Source of the DNA: Gammaproteobacteria bacterium
Lineage (GTDB): Bacteria > Pseudomonadota > Gammaproteobacteria > SZUA-229
Length of the DNA stretch: 64,000 nucleotides
Reading direction: 5' to 3'
NCBI GenBank assembly: GCA_036567985.1
Contig: DATCTK010000044.1
Location: 14,062-78,061 of the forward strand
A program made the translations under genes and the position numbers. Below are positions 9,685 through 19,778 of this stretch, in pieces (position 1 is the first letter of the stretch; each line of letters starts with the position of its first letter). Below the pieces are notes generated by a model, which worked only from the letters and a program-made list of their open reading frames with translations, ran no database searches and had not been told where the DNA came from.

Positions 9685-9891
9685 GCTGTTAGGTTACCTG
9701 TAACAAGAAAACGCCAGACTAAACAGCGAATCCGCGCAGCATTGCTGCCAATAGAATTGTGCTGGTTTATATAGGGCCACTGGCTGGTTTTTCAATCGTT
9801 CCCCTTTAACAGCGTATAAATACAAACGGCTCGAAGTGAACTCCGAGCCGTTGTTAGCGGGTGATCAGGTCATTGACCTAACCCGTTTTAT

Positions 9892-11115
9892 TTATTCCGC
9901 TTTGGCGTGTGGATCTGCAACCGAATCTGCAAGTGACGCAGGCAGGAAGCCCAGTACCTTGACACCGAACGCAATCATCAGCAGTGACAGTGCAACACCA
10001 CCCAGACCCAGCATAATTTCCGGCAGGGTAGCTGAGTACTGGCTGACAAGTCCATCATTAAAGCCACTTTCCAGAATGGTCATGCCCGGGAACATTTCCA
10101 GCGGGTAGGCCTGGCCGGCAATGATAATGGTGTACAGCTGTGCAAGGCCACCGAACACAACCAGCACACTGGCCAGTGTTAATGTCTTGCGGCAGTTGGC
10201 AACGGCGGGTGCGTAGATCAGCGCCAGTGGAACCAGGCTACCCAGCAGTATCTGGCCAACCCAGAAGATCATCGAATACTTCTCACCGCCATTTTCACCC
10301 AGCAGCATAAAGGCTTCAAAGCCATGGTGCTCGGTCGCGTACAGGTTAGAGATGTGATACACGAATACAAAGTAGAGTACCGCCAGCACAAACACGCCGA
10401 GTAATTTACGCAGACGATTCACCACAACATCACCCAGCTCACGGCCAGTCCAGTTATAAGACGCCAGCAGTACCAGGATAAACACAGCCAGACCGAACGA
10501 GAACGACATAATAATAAACATCGGAGCCATCATCGCCATGTCATAGCCGGTGCGGGCTACAAGGAAGCCGAAGATTGAACCGGTACCCGTGGTCAGTGCC
10601 AGGCGCCATACAAAGGCGGCAATACCCGCATAGCGGCTGTACTGTTTCATGGTGCGATCCAGCATAAACCAGGCATAGACACCGACGATAACGAAGAAGC
10701 CGTTATACAGGATCATATTCCAGGCAAAGATGGACTTGAAGTTGTAATAGGTCATGGCAACGATCAGTCGATCCGGGCGACCCAGGTCAAGAACAAGTAT
10801 CATCAGGCCGCCAGCCAGCAACGCCAGGGCTACCAGAGTAGACAGCGGTGCCAGTGGCTTATAGATCTTCTTGTTAAAAACCGAGGAGATAGATGCAACA
10901 TTGAGCGCGCCAGAAGCGGCAACAATCAGGAATACCGCGAATACATGGGGCATGCCCCAGACAACCTGGTTGTCCATGCCGGTAACCCAGTGTCCGTTGT
11001 GCTCCATATAGTAGGTAGAGCCCAGTGCGCCGAGAATAAAGGCGCCTAGCAGGGCTACAAGCCCCATATAGCCTGCGCTTTTACCTTCAATTGCTTGTAA
11101 GTGTATTTTTTTCAT
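9892..11115 (-). CDS. dsrP: DsrP, an NrfD/PsrC-like integral membrane subunit of the DsrMKJOP complex
   Basis: 407 aa, polytopic membrane protein. It occupies the canonical position after dsrO. Confidence 0.85.
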   Translation of the reverse strand: MKKIHLQAIEGKSAGYMGLVALLGAFILGALGSTYYMEHNGHWVTGMDNQVVWGMPHVFAVFLIVAASGALNVASISSVFNKKIYKPLAPLSTLVALALLAGGLMILVLDLGRPDRLIVAMTYYNFKSIFAWNMILYNGFFVIVGVYAWFMLDRTMKQYSRYAGIAAFVWRLALTTGTGSIFGFLVARTGYDMAMMAPMFIIMSFSFGLAVFILVLLASYNWTGRELGDVVVNRLRKLLGVFVLAVLYFVFVYHISNLYATEHHGFEAFMLLGENGGEKYSMIFWVGQILLGSLVPLALIYAPAVANCRKTLTLASVLVVFGGLAQLYTIIIAGQAYPLEMFPGMTILESGFNDGLVSQYSATLPEIMLGLGGVALSLLMIAFGVKVLGFLPASLADSVADPHAKAE

Positions 11116-11155
11116 AATGATTTTTATTCAAAGAATATTGATCGGTTATGCTGCT

Positions 11156-11911
11156 TTAGATTCCTCTATAGCGAACACCAGTATTTAAGCCAAGATCTGC
11201 GCGAATCTGCTTGCCGCCGTGTTTCTCGAGCTGCTTTGAGATTTCGCTTTGCGGATCTTTCAGGTCGCCAAATACCATGGCACCGTGATCGTTTGACGAA
11301 CAGGCCTCAACACAGGCGGGTGTACCGTCGTTATCTACGCGGTGTACACACATGGTGCATGACTCAACCGTACCCTTGCCACGTGGCTGGAATTCGACCT
11401 TGTTATCAACTGCTTCATGTGCAAAAGAGCGTGCCTTATAAGGGCAGGCCATCATGCAATAGCGACAACCGATACAGATGTGACGATCGACCAGAACAAT
11501 GCCATCGGCGCGCTTGAAGGAAGCACCGGTTGGGCATACATCGACACAGGGTGGATTTTCACAGTGCTGACACATCATGGGCAGAGATACCACGTGATTG
11601 GTCAGATTGTCTTTCAGTTTAATCTTGCGAATCCACTTCTGGTCGGTTAATGGGCGACCATGTGATTCGATACCGTTTTCCTCATGACAGGCTGTGACAC
11701 AATCGTTACAGCCGCTGCCGCATTTAGCAGTGTCAATCAGTATGCCCCAGCGTTTTGCATCGGTAACAGGCTCAGCGGCAGGCTTTGCATGTACCTGGTT
11801 AAGAACGACGCCAGGTGCAATGGTAAATACTGCGGCAGCCGTTGCAGATTTTTCAACAAAACTACGGCGTGAAATATTTACCGATTCCTGAGTTACATTG
11901 TTTTTATTCAT
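11156..11911 (-). CDS. dsrO: DsrO, a periplasmic Tat-exported 4Fe-4S ferredoxin-like subunit
   Basis: It has a twin-arginine motif (SRRSFVEKSATAAAVF) and multiple CxxCxxCxxxCP clusters. The start is placed at the ATG preceded by GGGAG (11911). The longer ORF to 11944 would overlap the dsrJ 3' end. Confidence 0.85.
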   Translation of the reverse strand: MNKNNVTQESVNISRRSFVEKSATAAAVFTIAPGVVLNQVHAKPAAEPVTDAKRWGILIDTAKCGSGCNDCVTACHEENGIESHGRPLTDQKWIRKIKLKDNLTNHVVSLPMMCQHCENPPCVDVCPTGASFKRADGIVLVDRHICIGCRYCMMACPYKARSFAHEAVDNKVEFQPRGKGTVESCTMCVHRVDNDGTPACVEACSSNDHGAMVFGDLKDPQSEISKQLEKHGGKQIRADLGLNTGVRYRGI

Positions 11912-12380
11912 TGCTTGCTCCCGAAACGGATCCATCTGCAACATCAGTGCTGAGTGGTAAGTTTACCTGTGCATTTGATTTGTGCGGATTTTTACCCACT
12001 GGGCGGTCTGTATGGCATTGGAAGCAATCGATGCTGACACCGGCATAATTGTGACAACTGCTACAGAAGTGCTTGTCATCACCGAAACGTACCTCGGTGT
12101 TTTCAGGAACATGACAGTCGATGCATTCTTTAAGGCTGTGTTGCTTGGTACGAATACCCTGATGCATTGTTTTATCACGTTGATGAAGCAGGTACTCCAT
12201 GTGATTTTTTTTCATATCATCTACAGGTTCTACGCATTCCGTTGACCCGTTTGTTGGGTGGGGAACCTGAGGTGCAAAAGCTGGTTTTTCACCGGAACTA
12301 GCAAAAGCGGTAAACACCACTGCTGTAGTGCCCGCGATTGTAATCAAGGCTTTATGCATGAGATTTTTCATCTGCAGCAT
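11904..12380 (-). CDS. dsrJ: DsrJ, a periplasmic triheme cytochrome c
   Basis: Three CxxCH motifs (CIDCH, CSSCH, CFQCH). It has a signal peptide, and a GGAG Shine-Dalgarno lies 7 nt upstream of the ATG at 12380. Confidence 0.85.
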   Translation of the reverse strand: MLQMKNLMHKALITIAGTTAVVFTAFASSGEKPAFAPQVPHPTNGSTECVEPVDDMKKNHMEYLLHQRDKTMHQGIRTKQHSLKECIDCHVPENTEVRFGDDKHFCSSCHNYAGVSIDCFQCHTDRPVGKNPHKSNAQVNLPLSTDVADGSVSGASNE

Positions 12381-12457
12381 TAGTCACTCCAATAGTTAAA
12401 GACCTTGTAACTATTCAGGTTGTTCCGCCAGCAGGCTGCTGGCGGAAAACTGAGATG

Positions 12458-14431
12458 TTACTCACCCATACCCATGTCAATGTAGCCAGTAGGGCATACA
12501 TCAGCACAGATATGACAACCGATACATCTGCTGTAGTCAGTATCAACATAGCGACCGGTAGTCGATTTATCCTTGCTTACACGGAACACAGCGTCCTGTG
12601 GGCAGAAGATAACGCAGTTATCACACTCGAAGCACATACCGCAGCTCATGCAGCGCTCGGCTTCAGCAACTGCTGCCTCTTCAGCCAGGCCACCCATACG
12701 CTCTGCGAAGTGACCCAGTACTGCATCAGATGATGGAACATCTTCAGGACGCATATTACGGGGCACAGACGGGAAGTGACCCAGGAACATCAGATCAGTT
12801 GAAATGATTTCCTGCTTGGAACGGTCTTCAAAGTTGTGAACAGCGTAATCACTGTCGCAAGTACCGCGTTGCTGGTCTTCCTGCAGGTTCTTGTCAGCGT
12901 AAGTGGATGGTGCCAGGTGAGACTCATCCAGCTTGCTCAGCAGGTTGAAGTGATGAACGTCAACTTTAGGACGTTTCTTGACTTCTTTCTGATCCAGGAA
13001 CTGCTTGATAGTTTCAGCAACCACTGAACCCTGACCAATCGCTGTAGTTAACAGGTGAGGGCGGATAATATCGCCAGCTACGAAGTGACCAACTTTGCCA
13101 GGTACCTGGTAGAACTTGTCAGCGTCGATTAATGAACGACCATTATCGAAGTCTTCAACACCTTCCAGGTCACCAAACTGGCCTATCGCAGATACGATCA
13201 GGTCACATTCAACAATGTGCTCCTTACCGCCTTCAACCGCAACTGGCGCATTGTTTTCAAATTTACACTCAACTAGTTTCAGTGCAGTTGCACGGCCATT
13301 TTCATCAGTGATGATTTCAACCGGCATAACTTCATTCAGAATAACAACACCTTCGTGCAGTGCATCATGAACTTCGTGCTCGGCGGCAGTCATTTCTTCC
13401 TGCTTGAACAGTGCAGTCAGAACCACGCTGTCACAGGCTTTCTTGTCAGCATCATTAACATCACCGTGCTTCAGGCGACCTTCTGCTGAATCTTCAGGCT
13501 TCTCACCAGCCATGTCTTTCAGTGTGCCGATACGACGGGAAACAGAGACCACGTCGATAGAGGTATCACCACCACCCACACATACGATCTTGTTACCGGT
13601 GTACTTCATTTCACCCTTGTTGAATTGCTCAAGGAAGTCAACCGCGGTTACTGCATTGGGAACGTCTTTCCAGTTGTCCAGGAACAGGCCACGACCTTTC
13701 TTGCAACCCAGTGCCCACAGAACTGCATCGTACTCTTTTTCAAGAGCTTCAACAGCTACGTCTTTACCAACACGGGTGTTCAGTTTGGTGTCGATACCGC
13801 CCATGTCCAGGATACGCATACATTCGTGATCCATTACGTCACGCGGTGTACGGTAGCCGGGAATGCCGTAGCGCATCATGCCACCCAGTTCTTCATGGTC
13901 GTCAAAGATGGTGCTGCCGATACCGAATTTACGCAGGTGATAGGCAGCAGACATACCGGCTACACCGCCACCGATAATAGCTACTTTCTTGCCACTCAGT
14001 TCTGGCAGATTACCGAACTTGTATTTACCAGCGTAGGCACTGTCACCAATGTACTGTTCAACTGAGTTGATGCCAACGAAGTCGTCTACATCGTTACGGT
14101 TACAGCCATCCTGACAAGGTGCTGGACATACACGACCCATCATTGCAGGGAAGGGGTTGGCAGAAGTCGAGCGCTGGAATGCGTACTCTTCTTTTGTCAT
14201 ACCTTCTGGTGGACGTTCAATACCACGGATGATATCCAGCCAGCCACGGATATCCTCACCTGATGGGCAGCTACCCTGACATGGGGGTGTGCGATGCACA
14301 TAGGTAGGGCACTTATGTGAAGTATCCTGAACAAATATCTTTTCACTGAAATCTGACCATGTATGATCGCCATCCTGGAAGCGGCGAAATGTTAAGTCTT
14401 TTTTCTGCATGTCTTCTTTTGAAGTTGCCAT
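12458..14431 (-). CDS. dsrL: DsrL, an NAD(P)H:acceptor oxidoreductase (GltD-like, with C-terminal ferredoxin domain)
   Basis: 657 aa with FAD/NAD Rossmann motifs (VAIIGGGVAGMSAAY; VCVGGGDTSID). N- and C-terminal CxxCxxCxxxC Fe-S motifs. An AGGAGAG Shine-Dalgarno is present. Confidence 0.85.
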   Translation of the reverse strand: MATSKEDMQKKDLTFRRFQDGDHTWSDFSEKIFVQDTSHKCPTYVHRTPPCQGSCPSGEDIRGWLDIIRGIERPPEGMTKEEYAFQRSTSANPFPAMMGRVCPAPCQDGCNRNDVDDFVGINSVEQYIGDSAYAGKYKFGNLPELSGKKVAIIGGGVAGMSAAYHLRKFGIGSTIFDDHEELGGMMRYGIPGYRTPRDVMDHECMRILDMGGIDTKLNTRVGKDVAVEALEKEYDAVLWALGCKKGRGLFLDNWKDVPNAVTAVDFLEQFNKGEMKYTGNKIVCVGGGDTSIDVVSVSRRIGTLKDMAGEKPEDSAEGRLKHGDVNDADKKACDSVVLTALFKQEEMTAAEHEVHDALHEGVVILNEVMPVEIITDENGRATALKLVECKFENNAPVAVEGGKEHIVECDLIVSAIGQFGDLEGVEDFDNGRSLIDADKFYQVPGKVGHFVAGDIIRPHLLTTAIGQGSVVAETIKQFLDQKEVKKRPKVDVHHFNLLSKLDESHLAPSTYADKNLQEDQQRGTCDSDYAVHNFEDRSKQEIISTDLMFLGHFPSVPRNMRPEDVPSSDAVLGHFAERMGGLAEEAAVAEAERCMSCGMCFECDNCVIFCPQDAVFRVSKDKSTTGRYVDTDYSRCIGCHICADVCPTGYIDMGMGE

Positions 14432-14506
14432 GCTACTCTCCTATATGCTAAACCGTATAGTTAAAAATCGTTGTGTTAAATCGTTCTGTCGGAGCTCAGT
14501 TTCCTG

Positions 14507-16048
14507 TTAGTCTTCCGGGTCAACCTGGCCTTCCAGGATGATCGCATTACTAACAAGTTGATGAACACTGACAATCTGGTCCATGGTAAAACCATAGTAG
14601 GGTAGTACCTTGGTAAACTGGCTCTTACAGATCGCACAGATCGCTGCCATATGTGTTACCCCATTTTCCTCGACTGCATTTTTCAGTGCAGTCGCACGCG
14701 GTAAAATACCTTTAACGCGCAGTTCCATCAGGTCGTCTGTTAACAGACCACCGCCACCGCCACAACAGAATGTTGCATCGTGGATGGTATCCTGTTCCAT
14801 ATCGACAAAGTTGTTACAAACCGCCTTGATAACAGCACGGGGAATCTCAAATTGTCCGCCTGGCTTGTTGCCCATGCCCGATGCACGTGCAACGTTGCAC
14901 GAGTCGTGGAATGTCAGGGTCATATCATCATTGCGTGATTTGTCGATATTCAGCTCACCTTTTTCAAGCTTGTCCAGCGTGAATTCACAGATGTGCTGTG
15001 GAATGGGGTAGTTCTGGTCAAGGAAGTCAAATGGTCCTGCCAGGGTATTGAGGAAGCTGTAACCTACGCGCCATGCGTGGCCACACTCACCGTAAACAAT
15101 TCGCTTAACACCCAGCTGTAATGCGGCTTCACGAATACGCATCGAAATACGTTGCATGTTTTCGTAAGAACCGATAAACAGACCGAAGTTAGCCGCTTCT
15201 GAAGCAACAGAGCTCAGGGTCCAGCTGGTGTTGGTTGCATGGAACACCTTGGCGTAGCCAATCAGGCCATCAATATGTGGCTCGGCGAAGAAGTCGGCTG
15301 AAGGGGTAACCAGCAGAATGTCTGCGCCTTTCTGATCCAGCGGGAATTTAACCGGTACTTCAATGTCGTATTCTACGTCTTCTTCAAGACCTTCAAGTAC
15401 GTTTGCCAGTGCTTTTTCAGGCAGACCCAGGTTGTTACCAATGGTGAATACCTTGCCGATAATTTCATTGGAGTACTTCTGGCCTTTACCAATGTGTGCC
15501 ATGATTTCACGAGCAGCCATGGTCACTTCAGCGGTGTCGATACCGTAAGGGCAGAATACCGCGCAACGACGACACTCTGAACACTGGTGGAAATAACTAT
15601 ACCAGTCGTCGACCACTTCTTCAGTCAGGTCTCTTGCACCCACCAGTTTGGGGAAGTATTTCCCGGCAAAGGTGAAGTAACGGCGGTATACACTGCGCAG
15701 CAGGTCCTGACGGGCGACTGGCATATTCTTCGCATCCTGGGTACCCAGGAAATAGTGACACTTATCGGTACAGGCACCACATTTTACACAGGAGTCCATA
15801 AACACCTGCAGGCTGCGGTAACGACTCAGCAGGTCGCCCATCTTGTCGATGGCTTTTTCTTTCCAGCCATCAACCAGAACATACTTCGGCATTTCGTCAT
15901 CAGAAGTCTGTTCTTTTTTACCAACGTAGTTAAGTGCTTCCTGAAATTCCGGCTTAGCCACAAAAGGACTCAGATGGGTCATTACGCCATCTTTCGGCAT
16001 AGGAACTACCGCATACTCTTTGACTTCTGGTACTTCGTAATCAGCCAC
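14507..16048 (-). CDS. dsrK: DsrK, the HdrD-like catalytic subunit (CCG domain, Fe-S)
   Basis: 513 aa. Ferredoxin-like CxxCxxCxxxC motifs plus C-terminal CCG-type cysteine clusters (TFCCGGGGG). Confidence 0.9.
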   Translation of the reverse strand: MADYEVPEVKEYAVVPMPKDGVMTHLSPFVAKPEFQEALNYVGKKEQTSDDEMPKYVLVDGWKEKAIDKMGDLLSRYRSLQVFMDSCVKCGACTDKCHYFLGTQDAKNMPVARQDLLRSVYRRYFTFAGKYFPKLVGARDLTEEVVDDWYSYFHQCSECRRCAVFCPYGIDTAEVTMAAREIMAHIGKGQKYSNEIIGKVFTIGNNLGLPEKALANVLEGLEEDVEYDIEVPVKFPLDQKGADILLVTPSADFFAEPHIDGLIGYAKVFHATNTSWTLSSVASEAANFGLFIGSYENMQRISMRIREAALQLGVKRIVYGECGHAWRVGYSFLNTLAGPFDFLDQNYPIPQHICEFTLDKLEKGELNIDKSRNDDMTLTFHDSCNVARASGMGNKPGGQFEIPRAVIKAVCNNFVDMEQDTIHDATFCCGGGGGLLTDDLMELRVKGILPRATALKNAVEENGVTHMAAICAICKSQFTKVLPYYGFTMDQIVSVHQLVSNAIILEGQVDPED

Positions 16049-16100
16049 TATGTATTCCTCGTTATACTCGCAGTAAATGCTCGTTATTTATTCGTTAAGC

Positions 16101-16904
16101 TTACGCTTTGCTTTCTTCAGTCGCTTCCGCTTGAGGCTGCAACTCAGGGTAGTTACCACGAGTTTCATCCAGCGGCTTCGCCCAGTCTGCGATATGACGT
16201 TTTTCGCGTGGGTTGTCTACCTGGTTACGGGTTGGTGCATAGAATACGCCCGGGATATGCAGTAATTTACTGACGGGTAATACAAAGCCAAGTAAAGCAA
16301 CCAGTAATAGATGGGCTACCAGCGCAGTGCCCTCAGGAAGTTCCTGAAGATCAAAGTTCAGTATGCCCAGCATAAACATTTTCACCTGTACTACATCCAC
16401 GTTAGTGATGAAGCTCATAACGAAACCGCTGATGGCAATCGCCAGTAATAAAAGCAGCATCAGGTAATCAGAAGGCGCAGAGATGTAACGTACACGTGCT
16501 ACCAGGAAGCGGCGTGCCAGCAGGCCCAGCAGGCCAATGATCATGCCAAATACAGCATATTTACCAGCAGTCTGTACAAGCCACAGGTTAAGGAAAGGCA
16601 TCATGAAACCTAGCATGCCTTCTGGGTCGATGACATAGCGCAGGTGGCGGATAAAGGCCAGTGCCAGTGATACATGGAAAATCCAGCCGAAGATCCAGGT
16701 CCACTTGCTGGAACGGAACAACGAGGCAAACAGGATAACTTCTTTTGCCATACGCACTACAACACCACCAGTGCTCTTAGGTGCAGGTGTTACCGGGATT
16801 TTTAATGGAGCGGGAGTCGCGCTGTACTGGCGGGCTTTTCGTACCACTCCAACTATCATTACTATGGTAGCCAAGGTTAACAGTACTGCAATCAAGGTGG
16901 ACAT
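16101..16904 (-). CDS. dsrM: DsrM, a NarI-like membrane di-heme b subunit
   Basis: 267 aa, multi-TM with conserved His residues. It sits between dsrC and dsrK as in A. vinosum. Confidence 0.85.
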   Translation of the reverse strand: MSTLIAVLLTLATIVMIVGVVRKARQYSATPAPLKIPVTPAPKSTGGVVVRMAKEVILFASLFRSSKWTWIFGWIFHVSLALAFIRHLRYVIDPEGMLGFMMPFLNLWLVQTAGKYAVFGMIIGLLGLLARRFLVARVRYISAPSDYLMLLLLLAIAISGFVMSFITNVDVVQVKMFMLGILNFDLQELPEGTALVAHLLLVALLGFVLPVSKLLHIPGVFYAPTRNQVDNPREKRHIADWAKPLDETRGNYPELQPQAEATEESKA

Positions 16905-17070
16905 TAAGGCGTACTCCGCAACAAATTCTATATTTTAATGTTTAAGTTCTTCAATAATTAATCAGGCTCACTTTCTATAGCGCAGACCAGGCGCTGGCTT
17001 GTTAGTCGCTCAGGGCTAACAAACAAAAAACCCAAATACAAATATCATTGAGCTTTCAGAAATTCAGGTA

Positions 17071-17095
17071 GAGAAGAGAAGCGTTGCTTCTCTCC
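17071..17095 (-). terminator. Attenuator-like hairpin immediately downstream of dsrC (gagaagagaagcgttgcttctctcc)
   Basis: Inverted repeat read from the sequence in the 207-bp dsrC-dsrM spacer. This is consistent with partial termination after the highly expressed dsrC. Confidence 0.4.
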
Positions 17096-17111
17096 CCATA
17101 CACGTTTTGTA

Positions 17112-17444
17112 TTAAACGCAACCAGTTGGCTTTGGCAGACCAGCATACTTACATGCTTGCTTACCAGGGCCGTAAGGGAACAGTTCGTACAGGTACTTGC
17201 TGTTGCCTTTGTCTTTACCAAGCTTCTTACCAATTGCTTTAGTCAGTACACGTACTGCTGGAGCGATCTGGTATTCGTCATAGTATTCACGCAGGAAGTT
17301 GATAACTTCCCAGTGGTTTTCAGTCAGTTCCTGATCTTCCAGTGTTGCCATTGCAGTTGCACACTCTGGCTCCCACTCGTTCAGGTTTACCATGTAACCT
17401 TCTTCATCAGTCTCGAAAGTCTTACCGTTTGCTTCAAAAGGCAT
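17112..17444 (-). CDS. dsrC: DsrC, the sulfur-carrier substrate protein of DsrAB
   Basis: 110 aa. The C-terminal arm ...KQACKYAGLPKPTGCV has both conserved cysteines (CysB and penultimate CysA). A strong AGGAG RBS is present. Confidence 0.95.
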   Translation of the reverse strand: MPFEANGKTFETDEEGYMVNLNEWEPECATAMATLEDQELTENHWEVINFLREYYDEYQIAPAVRVLTKAIGKKLGKDKGNSKYLYELFPYGPGKQACKYAGLPKPTGCV

Positions 17445-17481
17445 CTCTATACTCCTACGTAAGAAATAATATTAAACAGGT

Positions 17482-17790
17482 TTATAACCAGGACTGACAC
17501 GTATCGTGTTGCTTGGTTAAATCTACGAATCCGCTGTAATCAACAACCTGTATACCGTCGATTACACGATCTTCACTCATACCACGAGCGGCCAGATCGG
17601 GACCTAAAACATAAAATGATGCATTTTGCATTGCGTCCTGAACCATTGCTGAATGGTCAGTACCCGCCATGGCACCAAAAATGCCATCTTCTATAAGAAG
17701 AATTGCGCTACCTTTTTTTGCTAATCTGATGCATGAAGACAAAGAGTCGCGTTCAAAAGGTGATTTGTTTACTGTGTGTAAAGTTGACAT
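17482..17790 (-). CDS. dsrH: DsrH (TusB homolog)
   Basis: 102 aa. Position and size match the DsrEFH complex subunit. Confidence 0.9.
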   Translation of the reverse strand: MSTLHTVNKSPFERDSLSSCIRLAKKGSAILLIEDGIFGAMAGTDHSAMVQDAMQNASFYVLGPDLAARGMSEDRVIDGIQVVDYSGFVDLTKQHDTCQSWL

Positions 17791-17801
17791 ATGAATACCC
17801 C

Positions 17802-18206
17802 TTAGAAGCTTAGAACAACGTCTTGTTCGTCTAGAACTTCAGCCAGTTCAGCCGAGCTAACCAGACGAATCGATGGCTTTTCAGCGTAGTCGTCATCTTC
17901 GTCTTCCCAGGTTAAATCCATCAGATCATCCAATGTCAAACCGCGTGCCTCAAGAGACTCTTTTTCAACATAAAGTTTGTTAACTTCATAGTCACCCAGT
18001 GCTTTGAAAGTAGGTGAGAAGTTTTTCATGCCAATGCCGTCAGTCTTCTGGTTCTTGGCAATCTGGTATACGCCATCACCAATAAAGCATAAAGATACGT
18101 CCTGCTCGAAAGCAGCACCGATCAGAACAACTTCAAGTGACTCAAGCGCATAAACTGTGCCGTAAGGAGCTTTTCTGTTTACATACATAAATTTCTTAGT
18201 AGACAT
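17802..18206 (-). CDS. dsrF: DsrF (TusC homolog)
   Basis: 134 aa, DsrE/DsrF-like fold. It lies between dsrE and dsrH. Confidence 0.9.
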   Translation of the reverse strand: MSTKKFMYVNRKAPYGTVYALESLEVVLIGAAFEQDVSLCFIGDGVYQIAKNQKTDGIGMKNFSPTFKALGDYEVNKLYVEKESLEARGLTLDDLMDLTWEDEDDDYAEKPSIRLVSSAELAEVLDEQDVVLSF

Positions 18207-18208
18207 AC

Positions 18209-18610
18209 TTAATCTCCAAACACTAACTGACGATCACAGATTATGCCGGCTTCGATCAGCTGGCCAAGGCCAGAAATGCGGAAACCAGGTGCGATATTGT
18301 CACCATCAAGACCCTGACGCTTTGCTTCGTCAGCATCCATAATGCCGCGGCGCTGGGCTGCTGCAATACAGATAACCAGATCGATGTCATGGGCTTTTGC
18401 AAGCTTTGACCATTCTTGCTGGATATTGCGATCGTCCTGAGGTGGCACGGTATAACGGGTACCGTTATTTACACCATCGTGATAGAAAAAAACGCGAAAG
18501 ATCTCATTACCCGCTTCCAACGCTGCTTTGCAAAAATGCAAAGCAGTGTCAGACGCCTGATGAGTATATGGACCTTCGTTTACCATAATACTATATTTCA
18601 TCTTTACCAC
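18209..18610 (-). CDS. dsrE: DsrE (TusD homolog), the sulfur-binding subunit
   Basis: 133 aa with the active-site Cys in DLVICIAA. Confidence 0.9.
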   Translation of the reverse strand: MVKMKYSIMVNEGPYTHQASDTALHFCKAALEAGNEIFRVFFYHDGVNNGTRYTVPPQDDRNIQQEWSKLAKAHDIDLVICIAAAQRRGIMDADEAKRQGLDGDNIAPGFRISGLGQLIEAGIICDRQLVFGD

Positions 18611-18612
18611 AC

Positions 18613-19689
18613 TTAGAAACGGATGTGAGTAGAAGCATTCAGGCTTGCACGAGCACCACGCCAGTTATCGATGTGGTATTTAGTGAAAGGCAGACCAGTC
18701 AGTTCGAAGAAACGAGGCCAGCCGATACGCTCAACCCACTCACCAACACGTTCCCAGTCACGCGCATCTTCTTTGTAGCACTTCAGGATCTGCTTAACGA
18801 TAGCAGTCGCTTCAGGCCAGCGTGGTGGGTTGTTAGGAATTGCAGAAGCAACCAGTTTCTGGAATGTAGGCTTACCACGTGCATTAGAGTGGTTACCACC
18901 AACCCATACTGCCAGTTTAGAATGCTCTGCATCATTGATTTGCATTGGAGGACAAGGAGGGAAACATGCACCACAACAGATACATTTCTTCTCGTCAACT
19001 TCCAGTGATGGCTTTCCGTCTACCAGGGCAGGACGAATAGCCGCTACAGGACAACGCGCTACAACAGATGGACGCTCACATACGTTAGAAACCTGTGAGT
19101 GGTCAATCTTGGGTGGCTTGGTGTGCTGAACGTTGATTGCGATGTCGCCCTGACCACCACAGTTGATCTGACAGCATGAAGTTGTCAGGTGAACACGGTT
19201 AGGCATGTTCCACTGACGGAATTCGTCAATCAGTTCGTCCATCATGGACTTAACAACGCCTGATGCGTCAGTACCAGGAATGTCGCAATGTAACCAGCCC
19301 TGTGTGTGAGACAGAGTAGTAACAGAGTTACGTGTACCACCAACAACGTAGCCTTTATCTTCAAGCGCTTTGATTAAAGGCTCTACTTTTGCTTCGTCGG
19401 TTACTGTGTATTCAACGTTTGAACGGATAGTGAAACGGATGTAACCGTCCGCATATTCGTCGCCGATTGAAGTCAGTTCACGCAGAGTGAACAGGTCAAG
19501 AATACGCTGAGTACCACACTTAACTGTGTAAACAGTTTCGCCGCTTTCAGCAACGTGGCATAAAACGCCAGGGCGTGGGTCAGTGTGATATTTCCACTGG
19601 CCAAAGTTACGACGCATCGCAGGATGCATGTACTGGAAACCGTCTGGACATCCAGACTCGATGGGCGGACGCATATCTGCCATTGCCAT
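18613..19689 (-). CDS. dsrB: Dissimilatory sulfite reductase beta subunit (reverse-acting type)
   Basis: 358 aa. Siroheme/Fe-S cysteine clusters (TTSCCQINCGG...; CICCGACFPPCP). It directly follows dsrA. Confidence 0.95.
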   Translation of the reverse strand: MAMADMRPPIESGCPDGFQYMHPAMRRNFGQWKYHTDPRPGVLCHVAESGETVYTVKCGTQRILDLFTLRELTSIGDEYADGYIRFTIRSNVEYTVTDEAKVEPLIKALEDKGYVVGGTRNSVTTLSHTQGWLHCDIPGTDASGVVKSMMDELIDEFRQWNMPNRVHLTTSCCQINCGGQGDIAINVQHTKPPKIDHSQVSNVCERPSVVARCPVAAIRPALVDGKPSLEVDEKKCICCGACFPPCPPMQINDAEHSKLAVWVGGNHSNARGKPTFQKLVASAIPNNPPRWPEATAIVKQILKCYKEDARDWERVGEWVERIGWPRFFELTGLPFTKYHIDNWRGARASLNASTHIRF

Positions 19690-19778
19690 GATTATTTCCT
19701 CAAGTTATATATTCAAATCTTTCAAAAATAGCCGTGAAAACTAATCCACGGCTATCGGTTCGTACAATGAAGGGCTAA

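Noticed and set aside
12455-16273. Numerous antisense or embedded ORFs inside dsrL, dsrK and dsrM (e.g. 13404-13829, 13625-14065, 14610-15011, 15587-16273)
   Set aside because: They lie wholly within strongly supported dsr genes on the opposite strand or in alternate frames. They are typical shadow ORFs of GC-skewed codon usage.
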